DNA of 49,137 nucleotides from an uncultured bacterium (GTDB lineage Bacteria; Chlamydiota; Chlamydiia; Chlamydiales; Parachlamydiaceae): NCBI GenBank assembly GCA_964513575.1, contig CAZENM010000001.1, positions 1 to 49,137 of the forward strand, read 5' to 3'. Shown piece by piece: positions 44,566 to 49,137 of this stretch (position 1 is its first letter; each line of letters starts with the position of its first letter). The notes under the pieces were generated by a model. It saw only the letters and a program-made list of their open reading frames with translations, ran no database searches and was not told where the DNA came from. The position numbers and the translations under genes were made by a program.

Positions 44566-45351
44566 ACAAGGGATAAAGCCTGCTTCCATAATTTTATGAT
44601 TCGATACTTTATACCCTTTTTTAACACCGCTTAAAGAAGGATTCCACACAGGACACGGCAGAGACATAGACCTGCACAGGTTAGAATAAAGCTCGTCGCG
44701 GGTCGGGTGATCGCTATTCACCAAATTATAAATTCCTGTCAGGCGATGCTCTAAGCAGAAAGCTATTCCAGCAACGATGTCATTCAAATGGATATGATTT
44801 GTGGGTTCTTCACCGGTTCCGGGAAGCTCCTTCCCTGAAAAGTAGGCGACTCTTCTGCCGATTTCACGGCCCGGGCCAAAAATCCCTCCTAAGCGCAAAA
44901 CGCATGTAGATCCGGAGCTTAAAAGTACCTTTTCAGTTTCGAGGAGTATTTTTCCGTTTTCCGTACCCGGTTCGAGCGCTAAATCTTCCGTAACCCACTC
45001 TGAATTTATCCCCTCGTACACAGAAGTACTACCGGTGTATAAAAGATAAAAAGGGCTTTTTCGACCTTTTAGTGCCAAATCGATTTTTTTGGCCATTTTA
45101 AGGTAGGTCTCTTCATAGGTTTGCTTATTTTGAGGAGCAATAAGAACGATCATCCCATCACATCTGTTTATTGCCTCATTTAACACCTTATCCTCTTGCG
45201 GGTTAAGCAGGATTACCTCTTTGGCATATAACTTTAATTCGTCAACTCTATCAGATTGTGTTGTGGTGACGTAAACTTCATGTTTGGATGTTTGCAGATG
45301 GTTTAACAAAGCCATTCCCACATATCCCGCTCCCATAATCAGTAGTTTCAT
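44560..45351 (-). CDS. NAD(P)-binding SDR-family epimerase/dehydratase-like protein
   Basis: Rossmann motif 'MKLLIMGAGYVGMALLNHL' at ATG 45351. The ORF track extends to 45447 without a better start context. Confidence 0.8.
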   Translation of the reverse strand: MKLLIMGAGYVGMALLNHLQTSKHEVYVTTTQSDRVDELKLYAKEVILLNPQEDKVLNEAINRCDGMIVLIAPQNKQTYEETYLKMAKKIDLALKGRKSPFYLLYTGSTSVYEGINSEWVTEDLALEPGTENGKILLETEKVLLSSGSTCVLRLGGIFGPGREIGRRVAYFSGKELPGTGEEPTNHIHLNDIVAGIAFCLEHRLTGIYNLVNSDHPTRDELYSNLCRSMSLPCPVWNPSLSGVKKGYKVSNHKIMEAGFIPCL

Positions 45352-45490
45352 TGACAGACCTTTTTTATTGATAATGCTAGTACCCGCCAAATATTCGGGC
45401 ATCAAAATTTTCTTTACAGAATAGTACTTTATGTATCTGAAAATCAATTTTTATGATACGAATAGACCTTTGAGCCAAAATGAGAGATTC

Positions 45491-46045
45491 ATGATGCTAC
45501 GACAAACCATAACATTTCTACTAATAGGCCTGACAAGCAGTTGTTTGCATGCTTCAAATGAATCACTTGAATTGCGCTACGGGACATTTTTTCATAATTG
45601 TCATAAGTTCAAATCGATCTACGGAAGTAAACAGTCCAGTTATCAAGTCGAATTTACCAGTATGGTTCAACATCCTTATCAAGTTTGGGCTAACGTAGAT
45701 GGATGCGCTGTCAGAGCTCACGTAAAGGAATGTGGGACTACACGATTTTCAGCTCTTAATATCAGCTTTGGGGTTCGGGCCCTTTTACCGGTTATCCAAG
45801 GATTCGACTTCTACTTAGGAATAGGAGCCTCTGCGGGATGTACAAGCATAAAAAATCACGAATGCGCTTTCACAAAAAAAACAAATAGCCTCTTTCCTGG
45901 CGGCGTGCTCAAAAGTGGTTTTTACTGCTCATTAAGTGATAAAATATTCATAGATCTTTTTGTTGATTATCTATACCAACCCACAACTTACCATGTGGAT
46001 CTTGGCGGAATAAAAGTAGGCGTCGGACTCGGAGCTCGATTTTAA
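45491..46045 (+). CDS. small outer-membrane beta-barrel protein
   Basis: Signal peptide 'MMLRQTITFLLIGLTSSCLHA' from ATG 45491. Alternating strands and a C-terminal 'GIKVGVGLGARF' with terminal Phe (OMP beta-signal). Confidence 0.6.
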   Translation: MMLRQTITFLLIGLTSSCLHASNESLELRYGTFFHNCHKFKSIYGSKQSSYQVEFTSMVQHPYQVWANVDGCAVRAHVKECGTTRFSALNISFGVRALLPVIQGFDFYLGIGASAGCTSIKNHECAFTKKTNSLFPGGVLKSGFYCSLSDKIFIDLFVDYLYQPTTYHVDLGGIKVGVGLGARF

Positions 46046-46127
46046 CTGAAATGATGGCTCCCCGTTAAATCCCACAAGCTAATCACCCAGCAGTATAAAT
46101 GTCTTTTTTTTATCGGATTGTTGTGTT

Positions 46128-46772
46128 TTAAGCTTTTCCCGCAGCTTCTAAGCGATCGATATCTAAGTGACAGATCAATGAAAGATTTTTGCTGATTTTT
46201 TCAATATCCCAATTCCACCAGGCTATTTGAACAAGGCGCCTAATGGTTTCATCATCAAAACGCATTTTAACAATTCTAGCGGGGTTACCCGCCACAATCG
46301 CATAAGGAGGAACGTCTTTAACAACCACTGCGCGAGTTGCGATGATGGCTCCATCGCCAATTGTCACGCCGCCGCGTACCAATGAATCGTATCCAAACCA
46401 AACATCATTTCCAACGACAATGTCCCCTTTGACGGGTAGATCGTACACATTAAACGCAGATTCCCACCCTTGTTTAAAGATCGGAAAAGGATAGGTGCTG
46501 ATGGCATCAAGCTTATGGTCACCGGTCATAATAAACCGTGTTTCTGCGGCTATCGCGCAAAATTTACCGATGATAAGCTTTACTTTTGAAAAGTCATAAT
46601 TATAGAGAACGTTATACTCTTCAAACTTCTCTGGACCATTTCGACGGTCATCAAAGTAGGTGTAATCTCCAACAATGATATTACTTGCTTTAACAAAATT
46701 TTTCAGAAAAACAAGTTTATCATCCCCTATTAGGGGGTAGATTATATTAGGATTGGGTCCTTGATTACTCAT
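46128..46772 (-). CDS. vat: xenobiotic (streptogramin A / Vat-type) hexapeptide acetyltransferase
   Basis: 214 aa. 'GPNPNIIYP', 'NIIVGDYTYFDD', 'LIIGKFCAIA', 'GDHKLDAISTYPFPIF', 'GNDVWFGYDS', 'GDGAIIATRAVVVKDVPPYAIVAGNPARIVKMRF' and 'WWNWD' all match the XAT/Vat family pattern. Confidence 0.85.
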   Translation of the reverse strand: MSNQGPNPNIIYPLIGDDKLVFLKNFVKASNIIVGDYTYFDDRRNGPEKFEEYNVLYNYDFSKVKLIIGKFCAIAAETRFIMTGDHKLDAISTYPFPIFKQGWESAFNVYDLPVKGDIVVGNDVWFGYDSLVRGGVTIGDGAIIATRAVVVKDVPPYAIVAGNPARIVKMRFDDETIRRLVQIAWWNWDIEKISKNLSLICHLDIDRLEAAGKA

Positions 46773-46887
46773 GCGATATCTCTTGGAATAAAACGGTCAT
46801 TAAGAATGAAGCGTTGCTTTATGGACAAGCTGTCACAAAAATTGGAAATCCCCTAAAGAAAAACCGCTTCATAGTCGCGCATCCCTA

Positions 46888-46939
46888 CTAGTACTCTGTA
46901 AAGAAAGTTTTGTGGAAAACTTTCTTTATAGAGTACTAG
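46888..46939. repeat. 52-nt hairpin with a 24-bp stem
   Basis: ctagtactctgtaaagaaagtttt - gtgg - aaaactttctttatagagtactag. There is one G:T position and the rest is perfect. Confidence 0.8.
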
Positions 46940-47012
46940 GCTATGAAAAAAGATAAATCCCCTGGATTCACTAATTTTCACGGCCACGTAGAAGTCTGCC
47001 TACGTAAAAAAA

Positions 47013-47435
47013 CTACAGCAGTAAGATCGAGAACACGAATGTAAACAGCGCGAAAGACTCGATAATCCCGATAGAAGCCCAGCATTTTCCGTAGACGGAA
47101 GGTTGCTTTACAGAAGCTTGTATCCCGGTTGCGCACACTCTTCCTTGAAAAACAGCTGAGGCTAACATAGCCAAACCGCAAAAAAGACCCATAGCAATGC
47201 CGGAAATGGGTGAAAGAGCTCCGGATAAGATTGCCTGCTTCATCATTAGCATTAAAACAAACCCGTAAATACTTTGAGAAGCTGGCGCTGCCGACATCCC
47301 AATAAATTTCCCGTGTCCCTCTTCAGTAATGCTCATCGCGGCATGGGAAGCAGATCCTGCGATATAACATCCAATACAACTTCCGATTGACGGAATCGCC
47401 AGTACAAGCACTGGGCCAACCATGTTGAAATCCAT
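47013..47435 (-). CDS. ntpK: V-type ATP synthase subunit K (proteolipid)
   Basis: 140 aa with four hydrophobic helices and a conserved carboxylate in 'SIGIIESFALF'. It lies directly downstream of subunit I. Confidence 0.9.
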   Translation of the reverse strand: MDFNMVGPVLVLAIPSIGSCIGCYIAGSASHAAMSITEEGHGKFIGMSAAPASQSIYGFVLMLMMKQAILSGALSPISGIAMGLFCGLAMLASAVFQGRVCATGIQASVKQPSVYGKCWASIGIIESFALFTFVFSILLL

Positions 47436-47462
47436 TTTTTACTCCTCTAAATTCATATAAAT

Positions 47463-49137
47463 CTATTCAATCTTCTTTTTTTGGAGGGGAGAAAAGGGCT
47501 TTCCTCCCCCTTCAAAACTGTAGTGATACCACTCCAAAAAGTTAAGACGCAAGCCATGGATCACACCGCCCATGACCCCTAAAACCATGTTGATTGTATG
47601 TCCAAAGATAATAACCACGGTTCCCAGGACAATATTCATTGAACCGGCCATTTCGTTAACCGTCGCTGTGAGCAAAGACCCTGAAAGCCCCAATGCATAC
47701 AGACGTAGGTAAGAGAGGACATCTCCAAAAATTTGAATAACGTTTGTAGCCTCTAACAATCCATAAATTTTATTCTTCAAAAATGACAGTACGATCGCCA
47801 ACGTCAGCCCGATATACATCAGGTATTTTCCTGCGATGGGGCCTTCTTCGGGGTTTACTCCGAATGCAAAGTGGATGATCGAAGTGGCGTTTAGGAACTT
47901 AGGAATCGCCAAATAAGCCCCGATGATAAACAAAATCCACCCGATGGCAGGCCAATTGCGGAACATATAGCGTCCTAGTGAGAGGATCACATGGATACAT
48001 CCCACCAGAAGAGCTAGTTCCAACATGATGTTATCGGAAAATTTATTCAGCAGGGCATAGATCGGTTTATCTTGTTGCATAATGATTCCCTGCTTGACAA
48101 ACTCTTTGGCATCGGTCACGTCTTTCAGCGTAGGAACTTTGTCTACCCATTCCTTCCATACTTCATCTTGATGAGCAATATGAAATTCCGCTTTTTTCTC
48201 TACCAACCACTGCATCATTGAAAACTTTCTAAGCGGGTTATCAAACCCGATGGGAATCCCAAAGAATGAGGTTGTAAGCAATCCCCATCCGATGCAGCTG
48301 ACACAAAGAATCGTCATCAGTGTCAGCATTCGTTTGCCCAATTTTTTTTCCGGTTTGATTTTAAAGCGAATCCAGAGGCTGATAAGTAAAAAGACTAAAC
48401 CGTATCCTCCATCTCCGATAATCATCGCAAAAAAGAGAGAGAACGACACTAGAACCCAAAGTGAAGGATCGTTATCGGTGTGAGAGGGGACGTCATAGAT
48501 GTGTGTTAAATCTTCCGCAACCCTATTTACCCCTTCATTTTCCAGGCAAGTAGGGATTACATCACTCTCTTCAATGGCGATTTCTTCCACATAAATATCT
48601 TTGTCTTCAACCAATTTATTGAGGAGGTCGACCTTATCAACCGGAACCCATCCTTCCACAGCGAATAGGGTGTCATCTAATGTGTATTGAACGTAGTGTT
48701 GAACGTCATTCAGCTGAGACTGATTCAATAAATCCACTAGAGCGTGGTGAAGAAATTCATTATACCTTGCGAGTGTTTTCAACTCGGCATGAGCTTCGGT
48801 ATTTTGATGAAGAATTTCCGTTAACCGTTTTTCCAATTGAGTCAGAGTACGGTCCACTTTAATTTCGAACATTTTGCTGTATTGAGCGGGTTCTTTGGTG
48901 ATCCCCATAAAGTAATCGAGGTTATGAGCTGTGCCTAAATAGATAACCTCTTCCGACAGGGCTTCCTGGTTCACGACCCCTTCTTCGGAATAGTAGAACT
49001 GGACGACTCTATTGCCTTCTTTTTGAATGTAGTGAAGATCCTGAATCGAAAAGTCTCCCAGGGGTTCAGTCCGGTAACTGTCTAATTTCAACCATCGTTC
49101 CTCCTCCTCACTTGTGTGTAGAACCCTGTGATTTAAA
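47463..49137 (-). CDS. ntpI: V-type ATP synthase subunit I (5' end outside the window)
   Basis: The reading frame stays open to the window edge; the ORF-track start at 49091 is only a TTG. Soluble N-terminal region, then a polytopic C-terminal half with 'LSYLRLYALGLSG' and 'LRLNFLEWY', typical of the a/I subunit. Confidence 0.85.
   Translation of the reverse strand, partial: LNHRVLHTSEEEERWLKLDSYRTEPLGDFSIQDLHYIQKEGNRVVQFYYSEEGVVNQEALSEEVIYLGTAHNLDYFMGITKEPAQYSKMFEIKVDRTLTQLEKRLTEILHQNTEAHAELKTLARYNEFLHHALVDLLNQSQLNDVQHYVQYTLDDTLFAVEGWVPVDKVDLLNKLVEDKDIYVEEIAIEESDVIPTCLENEGVNRVAEDLTHIYDVPSHTDNDPSLWVLVSFSLFFAMIIGDGGYGLVFLLISLWIRFKIKPEKKLGKRMLTLMTILCVSCIGWGLLTTSFFGIPIGFDNPLRKFSMMQWLVEKKAEFHIAHQDEVWKEWVDKVPTLKDVTDAKEFVKQGIIMQQDKPIYALLNKFSDNIMLELALLVGCIHVILSLGRYMFRNWPAIGWILFIIGAYLAIPKFLNATSIIHFAFGVNPEEGPIAGKYLMYIGLTLAIVLSFLKNKIYGLLEATNVIQIFGDVLSYLRLYALGLSGSLLTATVNEMAGSMNIVLGTVVIIFGHTINMVLGVMGGVIHGLRLNFLEWYHYSFEGGGKPFSPLQKKKIE

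Overview
49.1-kb window with about 38 protein-coding genes on both strands. I saw no rRNA, tRNA or CRISPR array by eye. The gene content points to an environmental (amoeba-associated) member of the Chlamydiae: a long-form ~640-aa signal peptidase I, V-type ATPase subunits I and K, an argR-artJ-glnPQ cluster, a ~940-aa ValRS, HEAT and ankyrin repeat proteins, a Cys-rich outer-membrane protein, and several eukaryote-like domains. That taxonomic call is inference only. Housekeeping and metabolic genes (valS, lepB, deoC, DAHP synthase, OYE reductase, two AGCS symporters, ABC transporters, NUDIX, SDR, Vat-type acetyltransferase) are interleaved with orphan or effector-like genes. The most interesting items are: (1) a 5.7-kb block between lepB and valS holding six orphan genes, including a 526-aa protein whose C-terminal half matches Dbl-homology/RhoGEF motifs, a complete classical protein tyrosine phosphatase, and a 449-aa protein with a His...Cys motif pair; (2) a 744-aa chimera of a Pro/Gln-rich region with an internal His7 run fused to a degenerate ISAs1-type transposase-derived region; (3) a REC-PP2C phosphatase gene separated by only 2 nt from a 1789-aa (pseudo)kinase/P-loop/TPR/GAF/histidine-kinase gene; (4) an outer-membrane protein with an inverse-autotransporter-like layout; (5) non-coding structures, namely a 162-bp palindrome, a 45-nt repeat shared by two intergenic loci, a 24-bp-stem hairpin, a 29-bp direct repeat bracketing csaA, and a recurrent TATAATTAG promoter-like motif upstream of orphan genes. 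All domain calls come from motif reading without database searches. Decisive checks are listed per finding.
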